64,000 nt of DNA from Planctomycetota bacterium (GCA_965223545.1 OZ245006.1:5504001-5568000), one strand, 5' to 3'. Shown: positions 38,370 to 50,530, numbered from the stretch's first letter. Numbers and translations are program-made. The notes: generated by a model not told the origin, from the sequence alone.

Positions 38370-39548
38370 CTAACGGGGAACCGCAGTCAAGAGTAGCTCC
38401 ACCTGCGCCACGTCCTCGCCGAGGATGAGCTCGCGTTCGGGCGAGGGCCGTATGGAGTGGAACGGGGTTTGGAGCGACGCGGGGCGCAGCCGATACGGAA
38501 CAGAGGACACATTCGCGTCGCCGCGCGGAAGGCCGCGGAGCAGTAGCGGTTCGCCAACCGGCACGATGATGACGTTGTGGCCCCAGTGGGGACCGTTCCT
38601 GCCGGCGCTGACGAGCACGACCGCGTGTGCCGCCCTGGTGTCGCGGTAGACCTGCAGTGGCTCCAGCGGATCGCCGTCGCCTTGGGCGACGTCGACCTGG
38701 AGCGCGATGTCGCCACCGAGGTTCAGCGGGCGCAGCGCACCCAAGTCGCGTGTTTCCCCCGCGGCCAGCGAGAGCTCGACAGAGGCAAACCGTACGCTTC
38801 GTGGGGAGTCGTACCAGAACGCTCGCAGCACCTTTGGCCCAGGGGCCGCCGACGCGACCTGCACGCCACCGCGGTCGTCGATCGTAGCGCGTGCTTCCTC
38901 GCGGATGGCGGACACCCTCCGGGCTTCCGGCCCGGCTCGGTGGGCCGTGATCGCGAAGAGAACCGCCCCGGCGATGGGCCGCTCGGCGCACAGCGGCAAC
39001 CGTGCGCGGACGCTGCTCGGCGCGGTTGCGCAGATGCTCACCTCGGTGGTGGCTCCGTTTCGTACCTCGAGGTTGCCGGAGAGGTTCCTGGGAGCATCGT
39101 GCCGCATTGCCACGCCGTCCCCGGTCCAGGTGGGGACAGAATGTTCATGGGCGGGCGTGATCTCCACCGCGGCTGCTCGGAGCACGCCGATCCGGTACCC
39201 CATCGCTGCCGGCAGGGCAACGAACCTGGCGCTGCCCGCGGCATCGGTGGTCGCCTGCCACACGATATCGTCGTGCTGCGCGACGACGTTCTCGGGGTAG
39301 CCACGCACGCCCGGCGCAGCGAGGTCGACTGGCCGGAAGCTCGCCCAGCGGCGGCCGAAGGGCGGGCCAGAGGAGACTGGCGGCAGCAACTGAAGTGCCA
39401 ACCCCGCCACCGGGGCTCCGGCTTCGTCCAGCGCGCGGATGGACAGCGAACCCAGCGCGTCCTGGGCCGGCAGGAGAACGGCACCCGCGAGCGCGAGCAC
39501 TGCCGCGGCGAGGCCTTGGTTGCGAAAGGTGCGGTGGCAGGGGTACAC
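38370..39548 (-). CDS. Exported protein with carboxypeptidase-regulatory-like beta-sandwich domains
   Basis: Signal-like AAAVLALAGAVLLPA-Q. GSLSIRALDEAGAPVAGL..TTDAAGSARF. Start (GTG) uncertain. Confidence 0.65.
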   Translation of the reverse strand: MYPCHRTFRNQGLAAAVLALAGAVLLPAQDALGSLSIRALDEAGAPVAGLALQLLPPVSSGPPFGRRWASFRPVDLAAPGVRGYPENVVAQHDDIVWQATTDAAGSARFVALPAAMGYRIGVLRAAAVEITPAHEHSVPTWTGDGVAMRHDAPRNLSGNLEVRNGATTEVSICATAPSSVRARLPLCAERPIAGAVLFAITAHRAGPEARRVSAIREEARATIDDRGGVQVASAAPGPKVLRAFWYDSPRSVRFASVELSLAAGETRDLGALRPLNLGGDIALQVDVAQGDGDPLEPLQVYRDTRAAHAVVLVSAGRNGPHWGHNVIIVPVGEPLLLRGLPRGDANVSSVPYRLRPASLQTPFHSIRPSPERELILGEDVAQVELLLTAVPR

Positions 39549-39556
39549 AATCGGCC

Positions 39557-40225
39557 TCAGCTCAGGATGACGAGGGTGGACATGTGGGCGATCGATCGCG
39601 CGAATGCTGTCGCCCAGGTCCCGGAAGCCGAGACCTTGGTGTTCGCGACGGTGAAGTTGCGGAACCAGACCGTGTCGCCGGGCGGCACGAGGTGGCTGAA
39701 CCAGCCTTGGCGCGAGTAGTCGCTGTCGTTGTCGCTGAAGGCGCTGTTCGCCAAGATGGTCTTGGTGACGAAGGCTTCGGCCTTGATCGGCGCGCCCAGC
39801 AGGTTCGTGGTGAACTCGGCCAGCGCGTAGGCCTCTGCGGAGGCGCGGCCGTTGCCGGTGGCCAGGTCGATCTCGACATGGACCCCGACCTCGTTGAGGT
39901 GCTGCGCCTTGCCGAAGCCCGGGCCGTTCCAGAGATACTCCGCGAAGTTCACTTCGTTGACGTAGCAGCGCGCGGACCCCGTGGCGTCGTCGACCTGGGC
40001 GCTCGTGGTCGAGTGCGTGAAGTTGTCCTGCGTGTCGCCGGTGGCCGTGGCGTTCTGGGTAGCGGTGCAGTCGATGTTCGGCGTGGACACCGACGAGATG
40101 ACGACCCACCCCGGATCGTTCACCTGGATGTGGAGCCCCGGCGGCAGCAGCTGACCCTGGGCAGGAGCGGTGGACGCGAGCGCAGCGAGAACGCCGATGG
40201 CGACGATCGTGGATCGGATTTGCAT
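39557..40225 (-). CDS. Small exported beta-rich hypothetical protein
   Basis: Signal peptide MQIRSTIVAIGVLAALASTAPA-Q. Strong GC3 codon bias. Purine-rich leader. Confidence 0.8.
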   Translation of the reverse strand: MQIRSTIVAIGVLAALASTAPAQGQLLPPGLHIQVNDPGWVVISSVSTPNIDCTATQNATATGDTQDNFTHSTTSAQVDDATGSARCYVNEVNFAEYLWNGPGFGKAQHLNEVGVHVEIDLATGNGRASAEAYALAEFTTNLLGAPIKAEAFVTKTILANSAFSDNDSDYSRQGWFSHLVPPGDTVWFRNFTVANTKVSASGTWATAFARSIAHMSTLVILS

Positions 40226-40464
40226 AGCAGTTGCTCTTCTTCTTCTTCTCTCATGCGCTCGCGAACCTGAAGCGATGACGACGGGCTGCGAGCGCGGCGC
40301 CCTCCGTCGGTAAGTTAAGGCGACAGGCTCGGCGCAAGGCGGGCCGCGCGAATCGAGGGATCCTGGTTGGCGCCCATTACTTTTGTGCAACGAGGAGCGG
40401 CCGTGGCTCCTGGCTCAGCGCGGCCGCGGCCGTGGATCGTGAGGGGGGTGCGCGCCAGATGAAT

Positions 40465-40490
40465 TAGTGCTATAGAACGGTAGAGCACTA
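40465..40490. promoter_or_regulatory. Putative YtrA/GntR operator
   Basis: TAGTGCTATA-N6-TAGAGCACTA inverted repeat (9/10) just upstream of the GntR gene. Confidence 0.75.
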
Positions 40491-40503
40491 TAGCGCGACC
40501 TCC

Positions 40504-40926
40504 ATGCACCTCACCATCCAGCCCGGCGACGACGTGCCGATCTACCGGCAGATCGTGCGCCAAATCCAGCAGGCCGTCGCGGCCGGCCGCCTGCGTGCTG
40601 GCGAACGTGTGCCGTCGCAGCGCGAACTGGGCGCCCGCCTAGTGGTGTCCCCCCTCACCGTCAAGAAGGCCTACGACGAGCTCGAGCGGGAGGGCGTGCT
40701 GGAGACGAGGCGCGGGCAGGGCACGTTCGTTGCCAACGCCGCTGGACAAGCATCGAGCGGGGGGAAGCGGGCGCGCCTCGGCGCCCTCTCGCCGGTGGTC
40801 CGGAGGCTGCTCGGCGAGGCGTGGGCAGCCGGTATCCCCCTCGAACAGGTGCTCGAGCTGGTCCGGCGCGAGGCAGAGCGCCTCGGCGCCGAGCGCGCTC
40901 GGCACAGCATGACGGGCAAGCCATGA
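40504..40926 (+). CDS. GntR family (YtrA subfamily) transcriptional regulator
   Basis: PIYRQIVRQI, PSQRELG..LVVSPLTVKKAY.ELE.EG, RRGQGTFV, short C-terminus, followed by an ABC ATPase. Confidence 0.93.
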   Translation: MHLTIQPGDDVPIYRQIVRQIQQAVAAGRLRAGERVPSQRELGARLVVSPLTVKKAYDELEREGVLETRRGQGTFVANAAGQASSGGKRARLGALSPVVRRLLGEAWAAGIPLEQVLELVRREAERLGAERARHSMTGKP

Positions 40927-41822
40927 ACAACACCCTCATCCGCATCGACGACTTGACCCAGGCCTACGAGACCGGCGTGCCGGTCTTGGAGCGGCTGACG
41001 CTCGAAGTCACCCGCGGCGAGGTGGTGGGTCTCCTGGGACGCAACGGCGCCGGCAAGACCACTCTCCTGCACACCCTGATCGGGGTTATGGCCGCGCAAT
41101 CGGGGCGCGTCGTGGTGTTCGGCCTGGACCCGTTCGAGGCCGGCGTCGAGGTCAAGAAGCGGTGCGGCTTCGTCGCCGAGGATCAGGTGCTGCCGCGCTA
41201 CCTGCAGGTCGAGCAGGTCTTGGCGCTGCACCGCGCGCTCTACCCGACCTGGGATCGTGATCTCGAAGCCGGGCTCTGCCAGCGCTTCGCCGTCTCCCGC
41301 GACCGCCGCGTCGCGCAGCTGAGCAAAGGGCAGGCGCGGCAGCTCGCGCTGATCTGCGCGATGGCGCACCGCCCCGAGCTGCTGCTGTTGGACGAGCCCG
41401 CGGGTGGGCTCGACCCCGCGTTGCGTCGCGAGTTCTTGGCGACAGCGATCGACATGCTCGGCCGGGATGGCACGACGGTGCTGTTCTCCTCGCACTACGT
41501 CGACGACGTCGAGCGCATCGCCAGCCGGCTCGTGCTGCTCGAGGACGGCCGCGCTCTGATCGACGACGACCTTGACACGGTGCAGGAAGGCTACGCGGTC
41601 GCGACGCTCGCTCCGCTGGACGCCGAGACCTTGATCGAGATCCGCGCAGTCCCCGGTTGTCTGGCGGCGCGTGCCACCGACGACGGTGCGCTCGGGGTTT
41701 TCCGCGGCGCGCCGACCGCGGTTCGCGAAGTGGTCGGGCCGCTCGCCAACGGTGCCGTGCTCGACTGCCGCACGGTTCCTCTCGAAGAGCTGTTCGTCGC
41801 GATCGCCGGGGGACGCCGATGA
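40923..41822 (+). CDS. ABC transporter ATP-binding protein
   Basis: GRNGAGKT, LSKGQ, LLLLDEP, SSH. Confidence 0.93.
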   Translation: MNNTLIRIDDLTQAYETGVPVLERLTLEVTRGEVVGLLGRNGAGKTTLLHTLIGVMAAQSGRVVVFGLDPFEAGVEVKKRCGFVAEDQVLPRYLQVEQVLALHRALYPTWDRDLEAGLCQRFAVSRDRRVAQLSKGQARQLALICAMAHRPELLLLDEPAGGLDPALRREFLATAIDMLGRDGTTVLFSSHYVDDVERIASRLVLLEDGRALIDDDLDTVQEGYAVATLAPLDAETLIEIRAVPGCLAARATDDGALGVFRGAPTAVREVVGPLANGAVLDCRTVPLEELFVAIAGGRR

Positions 41823-43530
41823 GCGGCGTGTCGTTGCCGCTGCTGCGGGCGCAGGCCGCGTTCGCGACGCCCGGCTGGGTCGCCCTGGCGGCGGCCGGTG
41901 TCAATGTGGGCGTCTTGCTGGTGTGGGTGACGGGCTATCTATGGCAGTTCGGCGCCACCGGTGAGAGTGCGGCGACAACCGGCGTGTCCGTCGTGATCGC
42001 GGGACTCGTGCTGACTGCCGGCGCGAGCGGCCTCGTTCTGACATTCTCCCGACCGCGCCTCAAGCTCGTCGAGCGCCTCTGGCCCGTGACCGAGCGCACG
42101 GTGCTGCACACCAAGTTGGCGGCGGCCCTGCTGTTGGCCGCGCTGCCGTTTTGCTGCGCGCTTGTCGTGTTCGCGGTGGTGTCGCCGTGGGCTGAGCAGA
42201 CCCAGCGGCTCTGGGCTCCCGTCGCCGGAGGCTTCGGAGCCGCGCTGTGTGCCGTTTGTGTCGGACACCTCCTGATGGGCCGACAGGCGCGGCCCTCCAA
42301 CAAGCGCGTGCTCCTCGCGTTTGCGCCTCTCGTCGCGGTTTGCGCCGTCGCGGGTCGACCTGGTGGGGAGCTCTGGTGGGGGTCATCTTGCTGGCGCCGA
42401 TGGCCGCGTTGATCGCGTGGGAGGCGACCCCACTGTGTCTGGTGCGGCCGACAAGGCGAGAGACCGACGACAGCGCCGCGATCGCCGGTGACGCGATGAC
42501 CGCGATGCGGCGGCGTGCGGCGACGCGCAGTCCATTGTGGTGGCTGTTGTCCTTGGGGTGCTTCGTCGTGATGGCGACCGCGGTCGTGCACTCTTCGATG
42601 AGGTTCTTCCTGCCGATGGTGATCCTGACTCCGTTGACCTGGGTGCCGGTGTGGTCCCAGGTCCTCCGGCCCGTTGTGCATCTACCGCTTCGCTCGCGCC
42701 GCGCGCTGTTCCCGGTGGTCGGCGTGCCGGTCGTATTGGCCCCTTCGCTCGGCGTGCTGGCCGGGGCGTTGATCGGCCCGCTGGGCACGCGCGATGTTCC
42801 GTCTGTGGTGCAGGTCGTCTCGTTTCCGACGCGGGACGGCCCGCCGCTGCGTCAGATCGTGGTGCCGTCTCGGGCATGGAGGCTGCGGCTCGGCGGCACA
42901 ACGGAGGTCGGCTCCGGCGAGGCGTCGCGTTTCGTCGGCGCGCCCGCGACGGAGCATTCGTTGATGCCCGGAATGCGCGTGGAGAACCCGTACGCAGTGG
43001 CGGTCGACGCTCCGGCGGCGGTGGTGGCCGAGAGCCTGGACCGCGCGCTCCGCGACGTGCACGGCACTCCGCTCGGGGCCGACGCTGCCAGGCAGCTGAC
43101 GGAAGGTGCGGTCGTCGAGCTCGGTCCGCTGGTGCCGGTCCGAGATGGACTGGGGGGCCGCCTCTTGCCGTTCGTGCCGATCCTCGGGCTGTACGCTTGG
43201 ATCGCGCTCTTCGCGCTGCGCGCGCGGCAGTACCCGGTGATGCCCTGGAGTGCGCGGCGGCGGTTCTGGAGCGTCGTTGTCTCGGTGGCCTTCGTCGCGT
43301 TGTTGGTGGCCTGGCTGCTGCTGCGCGGGGCGGCTTGGTCGGTGCTGGCGGCGGTCGCCCTGCGCGGCGTCTCCTCGCTGCCGCCGGTGGTCGATTGGGT
43401 TTGGTTCGCCGGCGCGGCCGCCGCGATCTGGCTCTACTGGCGCGCGGCGGCGCGCCGGTTCGATGCGCTCGAGCTACCCTCCGTCTTGCCCGAATGGCAC
43501 GTGGAGCGCGCGCTGCGCAGCGGCGCGTGA
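41819..43530 (+). CDS. ABC-type membrane permease, frameshifted at ~42352 (probably one gene)
   Basis: Hydrophobic segments in two frames. Adding one G at 42352-42354 joins them. Confidence 0.65.
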
Positions 43531-43780
43531 TCACCCCGAACGGCTCCGCCGCCCCGGCCCGGGCATTCCCCCGGGTTCCGACGCTCGCGTCCCGTGGGCG
43601 GCTGCGGCATGATGGCAGCGCCATCTGACCGGTCCCCGGCAACCGCCGCCGACCGCGATTCCGCAGCTTCCCGGCCGCTCTCCGCGGCCGGCCGGCGCAA
43701 TTCCGCCGGCCGGTGCGAGGTTCGTTGGGCTGGATGGCCGCATTGTATTTCCCACTCTCGAACCCTTCTCACTGTCTGTC

Positions 43781-44961
43781 ATGGGCCAACCCGTCATCGT
43801 TTCCGCTTGCCGCACGCCGATCGGCAAGCTGCAGGGGGCACTCACCCCGTTGACCGCGCCGCAGCTGGGGGCGGTCGCCGCCACCGAGGCGCTGCGCCGC
43901 GCGCAGCTCCCGCCCGACGCGGTCGACGAGGTCTTGTTCGGCCACGTGCTGCAGGCCGGCTGCGGCCAGGCCCCGGCCCGGCAGGTGCTGCGCGGGGCGG
44001 GCATTCCGGATGCGGTGGGTGCCACCACCATCAACAAAGTCTGCGGTAGCGGCCTCGAGGCGGTGATGTCGGCGGCGCGCGCGATCAAGGCCGGCGACGC
44101 GGCGTGTGTCCTCGCCGGCGGCATGGAGTCGATGAGCAACGTGCCCTACTACCTGCCGGAAGCGCGGCGCGGCCATCGGCTGGGGCACGCGCAGGTCGTC
44201 GACGGCATGGTGCACGACGGTCTGTGGGACATCTACAACGACTTCCACATGGGCAACACCGGTGAGCTGGTGGCGCAGAAATACGGCATCGGCCGCGCCG
44301 AGCAGGACGCCTACGCGGCCGAGAGCCACCGGCGCGCGGTGGCGGCGCAGCAGGCGGGTGCGTTTGCCGGCGAGATCGTCGCCGTCGAGGTGCCCGGCCG
44401 GAAGGGGACGAAGACGGTGTTCGACACCGACGAAGGCCCGCGCGCCGACTCGACCGCCGAGGCGCTGGCCAAGCTGAAGCCCGTGTTCCAGAAGGACGGC
44501 ACCGTGACCGCCGGCAATGCCTCGTCGATCAACGACGGGGCTTCGGCGGTCGTCGTCATGGACGAGCGCGCGGCGGCGGAGCGCGGCGTGCAGCCGATGG
44601 CGCGCATCCTCGGCTATGCGACCGGCGGCATGGCGCCGGAGTGGGTGATGATGGCGCCCGAAGTCGCGGTCGCCCGGCTCTGCGAGCAGCTCGGCTGCAC
44701 GCCGCAAGACTTCGATTTGTTCGAGATCAACGAGGCGTTCTCGGTGCAGTGCGTGGCGCTGCTGCGGCAGCTCGAGTTGGACCACGACCGGGTCAACGTC
44801 AACGGCGGCGCGGTCGCACTGGGCCACCCGATCGGTTGTTCGGGCGCGCGCGTGCTGACCACTCTGCTGCACGCGCTGAAGGCGCGCGGGGCGTCGCGCG
44901 GTGTCGCCGCGCTCTGTCTCGGTGGCGGCAACGCGGTCGCCATGGCCGTGGAGGTGATCTG

Positions 44962-44962
<1 letters not shown>
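43781..44962 (+). CDS. Acetyl-CoA C-acetyltransferase (thiolase)
   Basis: [36 protein letters not shown]. Confidence 0.96.
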
Positions 44963-45815
<853 letters not shown>

Positions 45816-45819
<4 letters not shown>

Positions 45820-46985
45820 CCGAGATTCGCCCCGAGCTCTCCTCGCAAGTCGTGGACTTCGAGCTGAGCGAGTCACTCGCCGAGTTTCAGAAGACCGCGC
45901 GCGCCTACGCGACCGACCACGTCGCCGCCGGCGCCGGGGAGCGGGACGCCAACGCCGAGTTTCCGCGGCAGGCGATTCAGACCGCGGCGGAGCAGGGCTT
46001 GCTCCGCATCACCGTGCCCGAGGAGTACGGCGGCTCCGAGCTCGGCAACCTGGCCAGCTGCCTGATGCTGGAAGAGGTCAACGCGGCTTGCGCGTCGACC
46101 GGGGTGACCATCTCGGTGCACAACTCGCTGGTCTGCTCGCCCCTGGGCAAGTGGGGAACCGACGACCAGAAGCGGCGCTATTTCCCCAAGCTGAGCAGCG
46201 GCGAGTGGCTGGGCGCGTACTGCTTGTCCGAGGCGGGCTCCGGCTCGGACGCCGCAGCGCTGCGCTGTGAGGCCGTGCGCGATGGCGACGACTACGTGCT
46301 CAACGGACCCAAGCTCTGGATCACCACCGGGCCGGAGGCGGGACTGTTCATCGTCTTCGCCCGCACCGGTGCGGACCGAGTCGGCGGCATCACTGCGTTT
46401 CTGGTCGAACGCGACTTCGCTGGCGTCGGCGTCGGCAAGAAGGAGCGCAAGCTCGGCATCCGCGCCTCGCCGACGACCGAGATCACCTTGGAGAACGTGC
46501 GCGTGCCGGCGGCGAATCGCTTCGGCGACGAGGGCATCGGCTTCAAGATCGCGCTCGACACGTTGGACGGCGGTCGGTTGGGCATCGCCAGCCAGGCGCT
46601 CGGCATCGCCCGCGCCTGCCGCGATCTGGTGCGCGACCATCTGGCGACGCAGGTCGATCACAAGGGGCGGCCGACCGCGAGCCAAGCGGCGCAGTGGCGC
46701 CTCGCCGATCTGTCCACCGAGATCGACGCCGCGCGCTTCTTGATCTGGCGCGCCGCGATCCTGCGCGACCGGCGGGTGCGGTGCTCGGCCGAGGCGGCGA
46801 TGGCCAAGCTGATGGCCAGCCGGCTGGCGAACGAAGCGGCCCGCGCGGCGGTGTCCATCCTCGGCGAGGCCGGCGCCAGCACGTCGGCCGCCGAGCGCTT
46901 GATGCGCGACGCACGGATCACCGAGATCTACGAGGGCGCGACCGACATCCAGCGGCTGGTGATCGCCCGGGCGGAGCTGGCATGA
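45816..46985 (+). CDS. Acyl-CoA dehydrogenase (catalytic-type subunit)
   Basis: [40 protein letters not shown]. Confidence 0.92.
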
Positions 46986-48100
46986 CCGGCGGCTACGAAC
47001 CTGGCCCGCCGGCGCGTCCGCCGGGTCCCCCGAACGGGCCGCCGCCGGGCGTCCCCTACACCGCGCCGCAGCCCGAGCCGCGGTCGGTGTCGTTCTACGT
47101 CGCGATCTTCTTGGCGTTGCTGCTGCTGATCAGCGGCGGGCTCAACCTGGTGCTGCTCGTGGTGAGCGCCGTCGGGTCGGCCCGCGGGCTCACGGGGGGC
47201 TACGGCTCCGACGAGGACGGCATGTACGAGCTGGTCGCGGTCGGCGGCCACGCGGATGCGTCCCGCGACGTCCTGCTCGTGCCGATCGAGGGCGCCATCG
47301 CCGAGGCGAGCTCTCCCCTGATCGGTGCGCCGGGTGGGACCGTCAGCCAAGTGCGCCGCGCGCTGCGCGCCGCTGAGCGCGAGGAGCGCATCGCTGCGGT
47401 CCTGTTCGACATCAACTCGCCCGGCGGGGGGGTGACCGACTCGGACGAGATCTACCGGCTGATCTCCGAGTTTCGTGAGCGCAACTCCGACGTCCCCGTG
47501 CTCGCGCTGCTCGGCGACGTCGCGGCGTCGGGCGGCTACTACATCGCAGCGGCGTGCGAGGGGATCTTCGCGCGGCCGACGACGATCACCGGCAGCATCG
47601 GCGTCATCATCAGCCAGTACCAGTACGGCGAAGCGCTGCGCGAGCTCGGCATCGAGGTCAACACGATCGTCTCCGACGACACGCCGTACAAGGACATGCT
47701 GTCGCCGACGCGGCCGATGCGGCCGGAAGAAGAGGCCAAGGTCAAGGCGATCGTGCAGCAGATGTACGAGCGCTTCGTCGACGTCGTCGACGCGGGCCGG
47801 CCCGAGCTGACGCGCGCCGCCGTGCAGGCGGCGGCGACCGGTGAGATCTACTCCGCGCTGCGCGCGCGCGAGTTGGGATTGGTCGATCGGATCGCTTCGA
47901 TCGCCGACGCCTACGGCGAGCTGGCCGAGCGGATCGGCAGCGAGCGCGTTCGGGTCGTCGAGCAGCGGCGCATTCCGACGTTTTTCGACGCGTTGGCCGG
48001 GGTCAAGGGGGCGCCGGCTCCGCTGGACGCGGCGTTGGCGCAGCTGCTGCGCTCGACGACCGGGCCACGAATGTTGTACCTCTGGCAAGGGGGCCGCTGA
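46982..48100 (+). CDS. sppA: Signal peptide peptidase (S49)
   Basis: N-terminal TM. INSPGG, AASGGYYIA, TGSIGV, PYKD, ELGLVD. Confidence 0.92.
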   Translation: MTGGYEPGPPARPPGPPNGPPPGVPYTAPQPEPRSVSFYVAIFLALLLLISGGLNLVLLVVSAVGSARGLTGGYGSDEDGMYELVAVGGHADASRDVLLVPIEGAIAEASSPLIGAPGGTVSQVRRALRAAEREERIAAVLFDINSPGGGVTDSDEIYRLISEFRERNSDVPVLALLGDVAASGGYYIAAACEGIFARPTTITGSIGVIISQYQYGEALRELGIEVNTIVSDDTPYKDMLSPTRPMRPEEEAKVKAIVQQMYERFVDVVDAGRPELTRAAVQAAATGEIYSALRARELGLVDRIASIADAYGELAERIGSERVRVVEQRRIPTFFDALAGVKGAPAPLDAALAQLLRSTTGPRMLYLWQGGR

Positions 48101-49197
48101 TGGAAACCACGCAAGACAACCTCTCGCTCACCGAAGAGCAGGAGATGGTCCTCGAGCAAGTCGGCAAGCTGGTGCAGGACAAGATCGAGCCGGTCGCCCT
48201 GCACAACGACGAGCACCGCGAGTTCTGCCGCGAGAGCTTCACCCAGCTCGCCGAGATGGGAATGCTCGGTTTGCCCGTCGGCGAGGACAGCGGCGGCGCC
48301 GGCTTCGGCATGCTGGCGTTCGCGGTCGCGCTCGAGCAGATCGCGCGGGCCTGCGGCTCGAGCGCGCGCCTGTTGCTGTCGCAGGCGGGATTGTGCGGCA
48401 CCGCCCTCGAGGGCTTGGCCGCCGGCGCCGAGCGCTGCCAGGCGCTGCTGATGGGTGAGGCCATCGGCGCGTTCGTCGGGGCGCACAGTGGAGTGACCGC
48501 GACCGCCGATGGCGACGGCTTCGTGCTCGACGGACGGGCTGATCTGGTGACGGCGGCGATGGAGGCCGACACCGTCATCGCCGCAGCGGTCGACGCCGAT
48601 GGCGGGGCGTTGCTGGTGGCCCTGGATGCCGCGGCATGCCAGCGGACCGCGGTGGCGGCGCTCGGCTTTCGCGCGACCGCACCCGGTGCCGTCGACCTGA
48701 CCGGCGTCCGCGTTGGCGCTGGCGACGTGCTTGCGCGCGGCGACGACGCGCGCCGCGCGCTGCAGCGCGCCGCGATCGCGGCGTGCGTCGGCGGCGGCGC
48801 GATCTGCGTGGGCATGGGCGAGGCCTCCATCGAGGCGTCGCTGGCGCACGCGCACGAGCGGATCGCCTTCGGCAAGCCGCTCTACGCCCAGCAAGCGGTC
48901 ACCCTCAAGCTGGTGGATGCCAGTCGGGCCGTCGATGCCGCGCGGCATCAGGTCTACCACGCCGCCCGCTTGGTCGATGGTGGGCAGGACGCGGCGCGCG
49001 CGGCGGCGTTCGCGCGGCTGTCTGCCGTCGAGGCGGCACTGCTGGCCGCCGATGAAGGCATTCAGGTGCACGGTGGCTTCGGCTACACCGTCGAGTACCA
49101 CGTCGAGCGGCACTACCGCGACGCGAAGTGCCTCGAAGTGATGGACGGTGGCGCCGAGGCGCTGCGCGACGGTATCGCCGCCGCGCTCGCGCGCTGA
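48100..49197 (+). CDS. Acyl-CoA dehydrogenase-like protein lacking the catalytic Glu
   Basis: LTEEQ N-terminus. ERIAFGKPL, IQVHGGFGY, VERHYRDAK, but EVMDGG in place of IYEGT. Confidence 0.88.
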   Translation: METTQDNLSLTEEQEMVLEQVGKLVQDKIEPVALHNDEHREFCRESFTQLAEMGMLGLPVGEDSGGAGFGMLAFAVALEQIARACGSSARLLLSQAGLCGTALEGLAAGAERCQALLMGEAIGAFVGAHSGVTATADGDGFVLDGRADLVTAAMEADTVIAAAVDADGGALLVALDAAACQRTAVAALGFRATAPGAVDLTGVRVGAGDVLARGDDARRALQRAAIAACVGGGAICVGMGEASIEASLAHAHERIAFGKPLYAQQAVTLKLVDASRAVDAARHQVYHAARLVDGGQDAARAAAFARLSAVEAALLAADEGIQVHGGFGYTVEYHVERHYRDAKCLEVMDGGAEALRDGIAAALAR

Positions 49198-49204
49198 CGA
49201 TCGC

Positions 49205-50530
49205 TCAGCGACCGATGCGGGTCTCGATCCCGTTCGACGCGCACAGCGCCGGGGCGGTCAGGCTGACGGCCTGGTGCGTCAGGGTGACGCCGACCATGTC
49301 GAGCGAGGCGGGGACCACCAAGCCGAACGAGAACTGACCACCCAGATTGACCGGCGTGGTGATCGACCCCGCGATCGGGTCCACGAACTGCGGGCAGCCG
49401 AACGGCAGCGGGAACGGCGCGACGATGCCCGGCGTGCTGGGACCGAAGACGATGAAGATCGTCGATCCAGGCAGCGCGCCCTTGCCCTGGTAGACGATCG
49501 TGTTGCCGGGGTTGGGGGCGCCGGACCGTCGGCCGAGCAGCAGCGGGGAGCCGGTGCCGCCGCAGACGCAGGATGCCGCGACTTGGCTGACGCCGAACAT
49601 GGTGAACCCGGACAGGCCGTAGACGTGCACGCGGGAGGCGTCATCGACCATCACGATCTCGCGGTGCTGTGCGTCGTATGCGCTGGTCATCAGGTTGGCC
49701 GCCTGTGCCGGAACCGACAGCGTGGGCTGTGGGGTCCAGTTGCCGGCGGCGAACAGCCATACGTCGGTCACGGGGCCGGATGCTCCGAAACCGCCGCCCA
49801 GGATGATCTCGGAGCGCACACCGCTGCCGAGGTCGGGCTGCGGGTCGAGTTCCATCGCCGCGAAGAAGCGGCCGGAAGGAGCGCTCGCCGTGGTCTGCTG
49901 CGTCCACGCCGCGCCGTCGAACCTCCAGGTGTCGGCAAAGAAGGTGGTGCCGCCGGGCGAACCGCCGAACAGGATCAGATTGCCCTGGTCGTCCGGCGCC
50001 ATGGCGGCGCCGAAACGGGCTGCCGGTCCCGCGATCATCAGCGGGTTCCACGCGACGCCGTCCCACTCCCACGTGTCGCCGAGCGCTGATCCGGCGGGGG
50101 TGGCGCCGCCGAACAGGATCACGTTGCCGCCGGGAAACCGCGCGATCGCGGCGCCGGAGCGCGGGGGCGGGGCGATGGCGAGGCTCGGCGTCAGGTCGGT
50201 CCACGTGGCGCCGTCGAAGGTCCAGGTGTCGGCCACGCCCAGGCCGCCGTCGAACAGGATCACCTCGCCATTGGGGGCGTCCGACATCGCACTGAATGCG
50301 CGCGTCGTCGGTCCGGTGGCCGGGATCTGGTTCCAGGCCGCGCCGTCCCAGGTGAAGGTCGATAGCGTGCCGGCGCCGCCGTCCGCGACGCCGACCACCG
50401 TGCCGCCGACCGGGTCGGTGGCGACCGCGGACACCAGAATCGGCTGCGGGAGCAGCGTGGTCGTGCGGGTGGACTGGGCGGTGGCGATCGCGGGAGTGAG
50501 CGCCACGAGGAGAGTGAGTTGCGTCTTCAC
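49205..50530 (-). CDS. Exported kelch-type beta-propeller protein with conserved C-terminal domain
   Basis: Signal peptide ATA-Q. Repeats ILFGG..DTW.(F/W)DG..W. Ends CASNGIETRIGR. Confidence 0.88.
   Translation of the reverse strand: MKTQLTLLVALTPAIATAQSTRTTTLLPQPILVSAVATDPVGGTVVGVADGGAGTLSTFTWDGAAWNQIPATGPTTRAFSAMSDAPNGEVILFDGGLGVADTWTFDGATWTDLTPSLAIAPPPRSGAAIARFPGGNVILFGGATPAGSALGDTWEWDGVAWNPLMIAGPAARFGAAMAPDDQGNLILFGGSPGGTTFFADTWRFDGAAWTQQTTASAPSGRFFAAMELDPQPDLGSGVRSEIILGGGFGASGPVTDVWLFAAGNWTPQPTLSVPAQAANLMTSAYDAQHREIVMVDDASRVHVYGLSGFTMFGVSQVAASCVCGGTGSPLLLGRRSGAPNPGNTIVYQGKGALPGSTIFIVFGPSTPGIVAPFPLPFGCPQFVDPIAGSITTPVNLGGQFSFGLVVPASLDMVGVTLTHQAVSLTAPALCASNGIETRIGR

Noticed and set aside
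40234..40252. (AGA)n purine tract upstream of 39557..40225
   Set aside because: Short. Adequately explained as a purine-rich translation leader.
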